Source of the DNA: an uncultured virus (IMG/VR IMGVR_UViG_3300048890_000135)
Taxonomy: Duplodnaviria > Heunggongvirae > Uroviricota > Caudoviricetes
Reading direction: 5' to 3' (one strand)
DNA: 20,000 nt
Virus record (IMG/VR): IMGVR_UViG_3300048890_000135
Shown: piece by piece, positions 1 to 8,388 of the stretch
How positions within the stretch are numbered: the first letter of the stretch is position 1
Layout: the number at the start of each line of letters is the position of its first letter
Translations under genes and position numbers: made by a program
Notes under the pieces: model-generated
The model's database searches: none
Seen by the model: only the letters and a program-made list of their open reading frames with translations
What the model was told of the DNA's origin: nothing

Positions 1-1386
1 GGATCCGGAAGCGGATCCCCAGGGCCTCAGGGAAACCAGGGTCCTCAAGGTTTCCAAGGCGTCCAAGGTCCCCAGGGGTTCCAGGGCCTTCAAGGAAGCG
101 GCGTACAGGGACCTCAAGGAAATCAGGGAAACCAGGGAAATCAGGGCTTCCAGGGGGCGCTCAACCCTGACATCTTCGCCGCCACCCGCGTCGTCAGCCT
201 GATCGCAGGAGACGGGACCGATCTGACGATCGCCGCGGCGATCGCAGCCCTCCCTGCTGAGGGAGGCTACATCTATATCAAACAAGGAATCTACCCGCTC
301 GCCGCATCGCTGGTTCCCACGAACAAGCCGATCGTGTTCCTGGGGAGCGGAGACGGAACGATTCTCAGCCTGGGCGCGAATGTAATCTCCGCGTTCACGA
401 TCAACTTCAACCAGAGGTATACCTTTGGAAGAATGCGGATCTTGGGCGGCGGCGTTGCCGGGCAGGTCGCTTTCGAATTTAACATTGGCGGGTCGTCGAC
501 TGAATCGGTCACGATGTCGGACGTCACGGTCGACAACATGGAGAAGCCGTTCCTGGTCGCCGGGACCGACTTCCCGCTCGTCCACACGACGGACTGCTTC
601 TTCCGTGTGGCGAACCTTGCGACCTCGCGCCACTGGGATGGTCCGGGCGAGTGGCGCGCCAGCAACACGATCGCGTCGTTCACCGGAGTCGTTCCTCGTG
701 GCGGATTCGCAAACAACCCGGATCTGGCGTGGGTCAATTCCGAGGTGTGGATTCCGGGCGCGGGTGACGTCAACTACGTCCAGATGGATCGTTGTCGGAT
801 CCTGAACGGAACCCTGTCCGTGGGCGCTCAGGGAAGCATCATCGGAGATTCCGTCTTCGATACGAACGCGGTGATCACCCGGTTCATCGACATCCTGGCC
901 GCTGCGAATGCAGTTGTCCTTGAGGGGTGCTCCTTCGGATCCACGACCTCTCAGAGAGTCCGGATTGCCAGCCAGAACTGCATCGTCGACGGGAACAGCG
1001 GCCTTGACGTCGAGGAGATCGGAACGGCGGACTTCAACAGGTACGATGGGAACGATCCGTTCTTCCAGAACTCCGTGATCATCGGTGACAACAGCCTCGT
1101 CAACAACGAAGGAACCGCGACGGTCGCTGTCAACACGCTTCTCACCGGCTATTCCCGCACGATCGAGGTGGACGCAAGCGGCGGCGCGCGCACGATCACG
1201 CTGCCGCCGGCTGCCGGGGTCAACAAGATCGTCTACACGATCAAGAAGATCGACGCGAGCGCGAACAACGTGACGATCGACCCGGATGCCGCCGAACTCA
1301 TCGACGGCGTTGCGACCCAGCTTCTGACCACCCAGTGGCAGGCCCTGCGAATCCAGTCCAATGGAACAGGGTGGATCATTATTTAG
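1..1386 (+). CDS. 5'-truncated collagen-containing tail fibre/tailspike-like protein (G-X-Q collagen, beta-helix body, C-terminal fibre-type domain)
   Basis: Frame 1 is open from base 1, so the true start lies upstream of the window rather than at 334. It reads GSGSGSPGPQGNQGPQGFQ...DIFAATRVVSLIAGDGTDLTIAAAIAALPAEGGYIYIKQGIYPL, resembling a beta-helix cap. The C-terminus, ITLPPAAG...YTIKKIDASANNVTIDP...ELIDG...SNGTGWIII, is a module common in phage fibres. Confidence 0.75.
   Translation, partial: GSGSGSPGPQGNQGPQGFQGVQGPQGFQGLQGSGVQGPQGNQGNQGNQGFQGALNPDIFAATRVVSLIAGDGTDLTIAAAIAALPAEGGYIYIKQGIYPLAASLVPTNKPIVFLGSGDGTILSLGANVISAFTINFNQRYTFGRMRILGGGVAGQVAFEFNIGGSSTESVTMSDVTVDNMEKPFLVAGTDFPLVHTTDCFFRVANLATSRHWDGPGEWRASNTIASFTGVVPRGGFANNPDLAWVNSEVWIPGAGDVNYVQMDRCRILNGTLSVGAQGSIIGDSVFDTNAVITRFIDILAAANAVVLEGCSFGSTTSQRVRIASQNCIVDGNSGLDVEEIGTADFNRYDGNDPFFQNSVIIGDNSLVNNEGTATVAVNTLLTGYSRTIEVDASGGARTITLPPAAGVNKIVYTIKKIDASANNVTIDPDAAELIDGVATQLLTTQWQALRIQSNGTGWIII
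22..153 (+). repeat. Collagen-like (Gly-X-Gln)n coding repeat
   Basis: 14 G-X-Q triplets (GPQ, GNQ, GFQ, GVQ, GLQ) with a single GS interruption at 94-99. Confidence 0.95.
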
Positions 1387-1616
1387 CGGTGCATCATGAG
1401 CTTCCCGGAAACCCAGATTAAAGGATCAATCCTGGTCGGAAGCAGCGTGGCGGGTGCCGCCAGCATGACGCCGCTTCCAGTAGGCCCCGACGGCCAGGTC
1501 TTGACCGCGGATTCGACCCAGCCCACAGGATTGAAGTGGGCTCCAGCGGGTGCGGGATCGGATATCTACGCGGCCACCAGAGTTGTCAGCTTGATTGCCG
1601 GAGATGGGACCGACCT
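1386..1616 (+). repeat. Direct repeat copy 1 (231 bp; partner at 3502-3732)
   Basis: Base-by-base comparison gives 230/231 identity; the only difference is a synonymous T1455/C3571. Confidence 0.95.
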
Positions 1617-3228
1617 TACCATCGCTGCGGCGATCCTCGCATTGCCTGCCGAAGGTGGTTTGATCTATGTCAAGCAAGGTACATACCCCTTGGCCGCTAG
1701 CATTGCTCTACCTGCAGGGAAGCCTGTCACAATAAGGGGTTCTGGAAGCGGTACGATCATCAGCTTGGGCGCGAATGCCATCCCAGCCTTCACCATCCCA
1801 ACGGGCTACACCGCCAACACGCCTATCGTCTTGGACAACTTCCTTGTCACCGGCACCGAAGTGGCCGGCCAGACCGTCGTCCAGTACGGGGACAACAATG
1901 GCCTGGCCGAAGTCTACATGGAGAACATCGTCACGACGGGTGTGGAGCTGACCATCGACTCCGCAAGCACCTCTTCGGCATCATCCGCCCCTGGACAGGA
2001 CGATCCGCGTTTCCATCTCCTCCGGTGCCGTATCCGTCCCTGCTCGACCAACAACAGCGTCATCCTACACAACTCGAGCTTCGGTCTTCCTCGCGCTTGG
2101 CTCACCGAGGTCGAGTTCATCGGGGACTCGCTGTTCGCCATCCCCGCGCTCCGGACGGCCCCGCTCTTCGGAAGACTTGCTGACGACACTTGGTTCGGCG
2201 ACTGCTATCTCGACACTTGCGAGATGTCCATCGGGACGGGCGAAAGCGACTTCGCTACGTTCGAGTGCTTCAACAGCACCCTCTGGAACAACGACGACGT
2301 CAACTTGACGGTCACTTACTTCCTCTTCGGCAGTTTCGAGGGCCTCAACCCGGGTACCGTTCGGGACTCGTCGTGCCGTGGCATCTACTTCGAGGCCGAA
2401 GAGGCTGGATCGAACTTCTTCTCGAACTGGCTTCAGGACTGCCCCATCGGGATCTTCGGCGCTGGTGTCGTGGTCGGCGACAACCAGCTCATCGAAGTGC
2501 GGAATCCCTGGCCTGTCGCTCATCCCTTCGGTATTCAAATTCAGAATGAGCAGGCGGTGATCCGCAACAACCGGTTCCGGTTCCGGCAGACGACTCCCCC
2601 GCAGATCATTGATGTTGAGGTATCTACCAGAATTCTCGGAAACGATTTCTCCGAGTGCTTCCCCCCTGTGAACGGGACGATCCTGCTCAATAGCGGCGAG
2701 AACATCATCACCGACAACTATTTCACGTTCGCGCCGACCACAGGACCGAACGTCAACGAGACGGGCGGCGGTGGCGCGAGCTATTACGACAACAACAACC
2801 GTCTGTTCACGAACAAGACCGGCGGCGGCCCCATCGTGGATCCGATCCTCCCTCGTGGAAACGGATCGACCATTCAGGGGACGACCGGCGTTGCCGGGAG
2901 CGCCTCCGTCGGCGGGACGGCGACAAACAGCCTCATCGTCTGGTATCGGAATCCATACGGTCTGGCGATGGTGAAGGGTTACATCCAGAACAACGGTGTG
3001 AACAACATCACGGTCCAGGAGACCTTCCGCCTCGATACCCTGGGCACTTTCACGAAGTCCACGGTGGTAGTCCCTGGCGCTAAGCTGACGCTCGACCCGT
3101 ATGACTTCGCGGGAACAGCTATCCCGGCGGGATCCTTCCAGGTGTACGACTACCGAGTGGACGTTTCGGGTACCACGATTGCTTGGTATACATTCTTCCC
3201 GATGCCCGGCGGCGTGCTCGGAACCTAA
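1396..3228 (+). CDS. Tailspike/receptor-binding-like protein with right-handed beta-helix (610 aa)
   Basis: N-terminal LPVGPDGQVLTADSTQPTGLKW fibre motif, a cap reading AAILALPAEGGLIYVKQGTYPL, and Asn-ladder-like repeats (IRNNRF, ILGNDF, ITDNYF). Confidence 0.75.
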   Translation: MSFPETQIKGSILVGSSVAGAASMTPLPVGPDGQVLTADSTQPTGLKWAPAGAGSDIYAATRVVSLIAGDGTDLTIAAAILALPAEGGLIYVKQGTYPLAASIALPAGKPVTIRGSGSGTIISLGANAIPAFTIPTGYTANTPIVLDNFLVTGTEVAGQTVVQYGDNNGLAEVYMENIVTTGVELTIDSASTSSASSAPGQDDPRFHLLRCRIRPCSTNNSVILHNSSFGLPRAWLTEVEFIGDSLFAIPALRTAPLFGRLADDTWFGDCYLDTCEMSIGTGESDFATFECFNSTLWNNDDVNLTVTYFLFGSFEGLNPGTVRDSSCRGIYFEAEEAGSNFFSNWLQDCPIGIFGAGVVVGDNQLIEVRNPWPVAHPFGIQIQNEQAVIRNNRFRFRQTTPPQIIDVEVSTRILGNDFSECFPPVNGTILLNSGENIITDNYFTFAPTTGPNVNETGGGGASYYDNNNRLFTNKTGGGPIVDPILPRGNGSTIQGTTGVAGSASVGGTATNSLIVWYRNPYGLAMVKGYIQNNGVNNITVQETFRLDTLGTFTKSTVVVPGAKLTLDPYDFAGTAIPAGSFQVYDYRVDVSGTTIAWYTFFPMPGGVLGT

Positions 3229-3238
3229 GAGGGGAGCC

Positions 3239-3460
3239 ATGCTAGTTTCTTACTGTGTCGAGTGTCTTCCACAGAAGGTGGTCCTTGGATATAACGATCG
3301 GATCTGTGAGCTCCGGACTCCTCACAGAGCTCATCCGCAGACGAAGAAGCTCGGCTACTTTCCGATCTCCTACAAGGGATGGAGGCAGGTCTTCGTCGAG
3401 GGCGACGATGCTCAGACCAAGGAAAACATCATCGCTCAGTTCGGAAATGAATTTGTTTAA
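3239..3460 (+). CDS. Small hypothetical protein (73 aa, CxxC near N-terminus)
   Basis: GAGGGGAG RBS precedes ATG 3239, giving MLVSYCVECLPQ.... This is a better start than the track's 3101, which overlaps the upstream gene. Confidence 0.7.
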   Translation: MLVSYCVECLPQKVVLGYNDRICELRTPHRAHPQTKKLGYFPISYKGWRQVFVEGDDAQTKENIIAQFGNEFV

Positions 3461-3501
3461 ACTATGCCCAGTAGAGCTCGTCGGTAGAGCTCCTCAAGAC
3501 G

Positions 3502-3732
3502 GCGGTGCATCATGAGCTTCCCGGAAACCCAGATTAAAGGATCAATCCTGGTCGGAAGCAGCGTGGCGGGCGCCGCCAGCATGACGCCGCTTCCAGTAGG
3601 CCCCGACGGCCAGGTCTTGACCGCGGATTCGACCCAGCCCACAGGATTGAAGTGGGCTCCAGCGGGTGCGGGATCGGATATCTACGCGGCCACCAGAGTT
3701 GTCAGCTTGATTGCCGGAGATGGGACCGACCT
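3502..3732 (+). repeat. Direct repeat copy 2 (231 bp; partner at 1386-1616)
   Basis: Offset of 2116 bp from copy 1; includes 10 nt upstream of the ATG. Confidence 0.95.
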
Positions 3733-5326
3733 CACGGTCGCAGCCGCGATCCTGGCCCTTCCTGCGGAAGGCGGCCGGATCTACGTTAAGCAGGGCACTT
3801 ACCCGCTGACGCTCACGAACACTTTGCCGGACAAGCCGGTGGATATCATCGGCTCTGGTGATGGGACGATCTTCGACTTGGGCGCGAATGCGATCTCCGC
3901 CTTCACGATCCCCAACGGACTGACGGCGCAGAGAGCCTATAGCTTCCAGCATTTCAAGGTTATCGGGACATCGGTCGCCAACCAGCGATTCCTGAGTGTC
4001 GAGGACGCAAACGCCTTCGGACAACCCACGATCAAGAGTGTCCGGACGGAGGGGGTCCAGGTCCCGATCGACGTGGTTGATGCGGATGAAAACGTTCTGA
4101 ACGCTCTCTACATCAATGTCTACGATTCGTGGTTCGTCCCCATTGCGGATGGAAGCGGCGTCCTTTGTAGGGACAATACCGGCGGATTGCTCGTAAGCGC
4201 CTCGTTCTACGGCACGAGATTTATTGTTGACGAGTTCAGCGCCGTCGGAGGCACGATCGGCGGTGACACGTTCGGCGCACTCGACGCCAGCTTCTACGAT
4301 TGCAGCGTTTCCTACACGGGCGAAGACGGCCTGGGGACGATCCATGCTGAGCGGTCCCGCTTCTTTAACTTCAGCGGGACGCCCCAGATCATCTTCATGT
4401 TCGGCCAGTTCGCGGCCGGCGACGAATACACCACGACGACGCACTTCATAAACTGCGATGTGCTGGGACTATGGTTCATCGAAACCGCGGGCATGAACGT
4501 CACGGGTGGCTGGTGGGTAAATGATCGGATCGAAACGGGAGGAAACAACACCAGGTCCGCGTTCGTGGGCGTCGCGTTCCATGGGGAGGTCACTTCTCCT
4601 GCGGTTTTCCCGGTTTCTGGGGGCATCACCGCATTCTTCGGAACCGCTGGCGGAGACGTCAGCATTGAGGGCTGCACGTTCTCGGCCACCGGCGGTGGAA
4701 TCACGGCGTACATCTATACCAGCTCCGACTTCGTGATCAAGGGATGCGCCTTCCGTGGCCTCTCTGCGGCCTCGACGGCGGGCATCCGGTTCAACGGACC
4801 AAACAACTTCGTCCTCGGCTGCGACTTCGACACGGACAACTGGGGTTGTCCTCCAATTCTCGAAGTTGGAATCAATGCGGACCGGAACGTCTACAACGAC
4901 TGTCTCGGCCTCAACGGCAACCCCAATCCGCTTATCGGTGGTGCCGGAGTCGCTTCCGTCTTCGTCGGTGTCCGAAACACCTTTAACGGACTTTCGCAGT
5001 TCCGGACCACCGGAGCGACAGTAAACGCCTTCACTACGATCACTAATCAGCTCGCCACTAGCGGCGTTCAGGGAATCGGCACGATCAAGAATACCGGCGT
5101 AAACGGCATGAACGTTCGGGAGACGGGCGTCGACCAGTTCGGAGTGACGAGCACCGTGACCACCCTGGTGGCCGCGGGCGGCGACTTACGCCTCGATCCA
5201 ACGAACAACGTAGGTACCGCGCGGCCGCCCTACACCCGGTACTCAATTGAGGTCCAAAGCGCTACCGCCGGCCTTCCGACGACTTACGATCTGCGTCTCG
5301 GAATGAATGGCGAAGTGACCTGGTAA
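3512..5326 (+). CDS. Tailspike/receptor-binding-like beta-helix protein, paralog of 1396-3228 (604 aa)
   Basis: Identical first ~75 aa, divergent beta-helix middle (IEGCTF, IKGCAF, VLGCDF), and a homologous C-terminal domain (IKNTGVNGMNVRET...LRLDP vs IQNNGVNNITVQET...LTLDP). Confidence 0.75.
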   Translation: MSFPETQIKGSILVGSSVAGAASMTPLPVGPDGQVLTADSTQPTGLKWAPAGAGSDIYAATRVVSLIAGDGTDLTVAAAILALPAEGGRIYVKQGTYPLTLTNTLPDKPVDIIGSGDGTIFDLGANAISAFTIPNGLTAQRAYSFQHFKVIGTSVANQRFLSVEDANAFGQPTIKSVRTEGVQVPIDVVDADENVLNALYINVYDSWFVPIADGSGVLCRDNTGGLLVSASFYGTRFIVDEFSAVGGTIGGDTFGALDASFYDCSVSYTGEDGLGTIHAERSRFFNFSGTPQIIFMFGQFAAGDEYTTTTHFINCDVLGLWFIETAGMNVTGGWWVNDRIETGGNNTRSAFVGVAFHGEVTSPAVFPVSGGITAFFGTAGGDVSIEGCTFSATGGGITAYIYTSSDFVIKGCAFRGLSAASTAGIRFNGPNNFVLGCDFDTDNWGCPPILEVGINADRNVYNDCLGLNGNPNPLIGGAGVASVFVGVRNTFNGLSQFRTTGATVNAFTTITNQLATSGVQGIGTIKNTGVNGMNVRETGVDQFGVTSTVTTLVAAGGDLRLDPTNNVGTARPPYTRYSIEVQSATAGLPTTYDLRLGMNGEVTW

Positions 5327-5336
5327 AGGAGCGACG

Positions 5337-5540
5337 ATGCCCTACCCTCAAGTGATGTCTTTGCCCAGGCCGTGCCCGAAATGTGGGGGCAAGCTCCAGA
5401 GAAAAACGGTCAATCCGAATAAGCCACTGGGGCTGGTGGCTTGTTTGAACTGCCAGTACAAGAGCTCGATCGTCGTCTATATCAAGAACGTCCGGACGGA
5501 GCTTATGGCCAAAGCCAAAGCGCGAAAGGCACAGGGGTAA
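5337..5540 (+). CDS. Zn-ribbon protein (67 aa)
   Basis: CPKC...CLNC motif; AAGGAG RBS; basic C-terminal helix. Confidence 0.75.
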   Translation: MPYPQVMSLPRPCPKCGGKLQRKTVNPNKPLGLVACLNCQYKSSIVVYIKNVRTELMAKAKARKAQG

Positions 5541-5543
5541 TAG

Positions 5544-6365
5544 ATGGCCACACAGAGGACCGGAACCGGAGTCTCGGCCGAATTCGTCGACGGCCAGAAT
5601 GTGGGCCTCGTCGACGGAATCTATACCGGAGAGATCCTGGCCCAAGCTGTTCCGGCGTTGAGCGTTCGTTCCGTGAGCCTCACCGTCATCCGTAGCGGCA
5701 TGAAGGAAACCGTCCCGGACCAAAGCGTCGCGATCGGGGCCCCTCCAGGTGTCGGCCTTACCCGTTGCGATATGATCCAGTGGAATGGAACCACTCTCAA
5801 CGCGAAGGCTGGGACGGCCGCCGCGATTGGGACTGCCGATGCCCCGACCCCGGATGTAGGGTTCATCCCTCTGGCTCTCGTCATGGTCTTCAACGGTGAT
5901 ACCACCGTGAGAGATATGGGCAAGCTCGACAGTTCATCGGCGAGCAAGGGACGGATTTACGCATACTACTTCGCTCGGCGTGGAATCTACGCCGCGTCGC
6001 AGGCTGCTCAGGATTCGACTGCAACCTCTGGCGATGACCCTGAAGTCATCCTTCCCCTTTATCACCCCAGAAGCAGCGTGGTTAGAGTCAAGGCGGCAGG
6101 CTCCGCCCAGCAGCTCTCAAATCTCTCGGGCCTGCAAGGGACCTTGAGGCTGGACGGTACGCTCATCACTCGCTCTCAGGCGAAGAACCAGTGGAACAGC
6201 AATACGGGCTCCATTGGCGACACTGCGAACCAGGATACTCTTGAGACCGCGATGCCTCGCGCCGGCGTCCCCGCGGGAGCCCATCGGTGGTGGGTAAACT
6301 GGACCGTCCGAGCGGGCGGGCAAAATCTGACCTATCGGTTTATGGAGCTCGAAGAAATCCTCTAG
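5544..6365 (+). CDS. Putative minor tail/virion structural protein (273 aa)
   Basis: RCDMIQW...KAGTAAA...APTP...IPLALVMV resembles a motif of phage minor tail proteins; beta-rich C-terminal domain (VPAGAHRWWVNW). Confidence 0.55.
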   Translation: MATQRTGTGVSAEFVDGQNVGLVDGIYTGEILAQAVPALSVRSVSLTVIRSGMKETVPDQSVAIGAPPGVGLTRCDMIQWNGTTLNAKAGTAAAIGTADAPTPDVGFIPLALVMVFNGDTTVRDMGKLDSSSASKGRIYAYYFARRGIYAASQAAQDSTATSGDDPEVILPLYHPRSSVVRVKAAGSAQQLSNLSGLQGTLRLDGTLITRSQAKNQWNSNTGSIGDTANQDTLETAMPRAGVPAGAHRWWVNWTVRAGGQNLTYRFMELEEIL

Positions 6366-6374
6366 GAGGCCGAC

Positions 6375-6815
6375 ATGCAAAGCGTGACCGACGCAACCTT
6401 CGATCAGGCGGTCTCGAGCGCACCGCTTGCGATCGTCGAGTTCTGGAACGATCGCTGCCCCAACTGTCAGAGGTTCGGGCCGATCTTCGCGGACGTCGCC
6501 TCCCAGATGGGCGACAAGATCGCCATGATCCAGGCGAACACCGACCAGAACCAGCAGAAGGCCGCTCAGTACGGCCTCACCGGCGTCCCGACCACGGTCT
6601 TCTTCTCCAACGGAAAGGAAGTCCACCGGGCTGTCGGTGCCATGGAGAAGTCGGACTTCCTGAACGAGATCTCAAAGTACCTCTCGACTGCAGGAAGCGC
6701 GCCCGGCGTCGTGGCCCCGGCCAGCGGTGCCCCTCCGAATGACGACGTTGTGAACGTCCTGGTCGGCGGAGCGGTCCTCGCCGGCGTCGTCTACGGGATG
6801 ACCCAGCTGATCTGA
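6375..6815 (+). CDS. Thioredoxin-family protein with C-terminal hydrophobic anchor
   Basis: VTDATFDQAV...IVEFWNDRCPNC...GVPTTVFFSNGKEVHRAVGA (Trx fold with cis-Pro loop), then a Pro/Ala linker and VVNVLVGGAVLAGVVYGMTQLI. GGAGG RBS. Confidence 0.9.
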   Translation: MQSVTDATFDQAVSSAPLAIVEFWNDRCPNCQRFGPIFADVASQMGDKIAMIQANTDQNQQKAAQYGLTGVPTTVFFSNGKEVHRAVGAMEKSDFLNEISKYLSTAGSAPGVVAPASGAPPNDDVVNVLVGGAVLAGVVYGMTQLI

Positions 6816-6825
6816 CGTCCAGGTT

Positions 6826-7305
6826 ATGGACATCGCGTCCGGGGACGTCATCTGTATCTCTCCACAAGAGATACGTCCCGTCCATGAGCCGCGGGATCCT
6901 GAGCTCCTCTCCCAGCTAATTCGGTCCATGAAGAGGAGCGGCTGGCTCGGACGTCCGCTTCTTGTCCTCCAGGAAGAAAGCGGGGTCTACCAAGCTCTGA
7001 CGGGAAGCCATCGCCTTTCCGCAGCCATCCGGACGGAACTCGCCACGATCCCGGTGATCGTCGCTCCTCCGGCAGTCGCCGAGAAGATCCGATCGAGCCG
7101 CTACTTCCCGAAAGCCCCGCCATTCATCGCTCAGGATCTCTTCGATGCCGGGGAAGGCTGGGTCGGCCGATTCATCTTGATGGATCAGTGGCTCGCCGGC
7201 GTTAAGAAGCCCTGGTCGAAGGACGCCCTCGAGCATTTGCGGGCGCTCGGACACGGGGATATGATCGAGGTAATGTCCGTCAGGAAGTGGCCATGCGAGG
7301 ATTAG
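6826..7305 (+). CDS. ParB/Sulfiredoxin N-terminal domain protein
   Basis: LIRSMKRSGWLGRPLLV...YQALTGSHRLSAA...IPVIV matches the ParB/Srx GxxR motif pattern. Confidence 0.8.
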   Translation: MDIASGDVICISPQEIRPVHEPRDPELLSQLIRSMKRSGWLGRPLLVLQEESGVYQALTGSHRLSAAIRTELATIPVIVAPPAVAEKIRSSRYFPKAPPFIAQDLFDAGEGWVGRFILMDQWLAGVKKPWSKDALEHLRALGHGDMIEVMSVRKWPCED

Positions 7306-8339
7306 GGGCGTCCTGGCGCGAGGGCCTAAAGGATCCTTTGATCCGGGACATTCTCGAGTTCGCCAAGAAAGAGGGCCTTGACCTTTCGGTCGAGAAGGGC
7401 TTCATCAATCCATGGGAAATTCAGGTCGAGGAACTCGTCGATCCCAAGTACGTCAACAAGATCGCCCGGGTCTTGAGTGAGGAGGGCGGCTGGCCAGAGG
7501 ACATGCCATATCCGGTGGTTTCCAAAGGCGCGACCACGACCATGATGGACGGGTCGCACCGCACGACCGCCGCGCGCGTCGCAAAGCTGTCCGAGGTTCC
7601 GGTGCTTCTTTCGGACTTCAACGCTTATGCGGAAATCTCCCTGAAATTCGGTATCCCGATGTTCGACTATGTCCATTCGATCCTTCCGGTGGTCGATCCT
7701 CTCATGGCGGAAAACGAGAGGAAGGACGAAGAAGGCGGCCGCGCCAAGCGTCGCTCGGCCGAGGCCTGGGACATGGAGGCCTTTGAAAGCCCGGAAATGG
7801 GAACCATCCGCCGCGGCCCAAGAGGCCAACAGGGAGCTCCTCCGGGACACCTCTACCACTCGACGTTCGCCGATCGGATCTGGAACATCTCGCGTCTTGG
7901 CCTCCTTCCGAGCGAAAATCCTCGGTGGTCCGGGAAGCTGGGGAAGTGGTCGAAGGGGAAGGTATTCTTCAGCGACAACGTCTTGAGCACCGCGTTCTAT
8001 ACTGCCGTTCATTTCTCAAAGAATCTTGTGGAGCATGGACGGTCTCCTGATCCCATTCTTCTTCGCGTTGATTCAGAAAACCTGAAGGATGTAGAGCAGG
8101 ATACCTTCCAAGCGTCTGACTGGTTCATAGAACGAGCGATTCCTCCGGATCAAATCGAAGTCTGGCTTCCCTGGTCAAGAAAATGGGCTCCGATCCGAGA
8201 GGCTGAAAAGAAGGTTTCCAAAATGGAAACGGTCCACGGAGATCCGGGGAGTCTTGAGGTCGATCCAAAGGCAGATGTGCATTCCTACGTGGACGCTTAT
8301 TTCAGGGAGTTTTGGCCCATCGAGACGGCTTCTTCGTGA
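7293..8339 (+). CDS. ParB/Srx domain fused to putative ADP-ribosyltransferase-fold (Tpt1/KptA-like) domain
   Basis: N-terminal PVV...MMDGSHRTTAARVAKLSEVPV; C-terminal LYHST...I...GLLPS...VFFS...ILLRVD...W...IPPDQI. Start is ATG 7293 or GTG 7287. Confidence 0.7.
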   Translation: MRGLGASWREGLKDPLIRDILEFAKKEGLDLSVEKGFINPWEIQVEELVDPKYVNKIARVLSEEGGWPEDMPYPVVSKGATTTMMDGSHRTTAARVAKLSEVPVLLSDFNAYAEISLKFGIPMFDYVHSILPVVDPLMAENERKDEEGGRAKRRSAEAWDMEAFESPEMGTIRRGPRGQQGAPPGHLYHSTFADRIWNISRLGLLPSENPRWSGKLGKWSKGKVFFSDNVLSTAFYTAVHFSKNLVEHGRSPDPILLRVDSENLKDVEQDTFQASDWFIERAIPPDQIEVWLPWSRKWAPIREAEKKVSKMETVHGDPGSLEVDPKADVHSYVDAYFREFWPIETASS

Positions 8340-8348
8340 TGGATCTCG

Positions 8349-8377
8349 TTGAGATTGTGTCCGACTAAGGGCATAAT
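8349..8377 (+). promoter_or_regulatory. Sigma70-type promoter
   Basis: TTGAGA-17 bp-CATAAT in the gap before ORF 8389. Confidence 0.6.
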
Positions 8378-8388
8378 AGGGGTACCAC

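Noticed and set aside
1386..3732. 231-bp repeat as a DGR template/variable pair, invertible shufflon or IS ends
   Set aside because: It is a direct repeat at 5' gene ends with a single T/C difference (not adenine-specific), and no reverse transcriptase, invertase or transposase is visible in the window.
2065..4444. Long minus-strand ORFs (391 aa and 300 aa; likewise 13068-14072 and 15449-16654)
   Set aside because: Antisense shadows of well-supported plus-strand genes in high-GC DNA, with no recognisable motifs.
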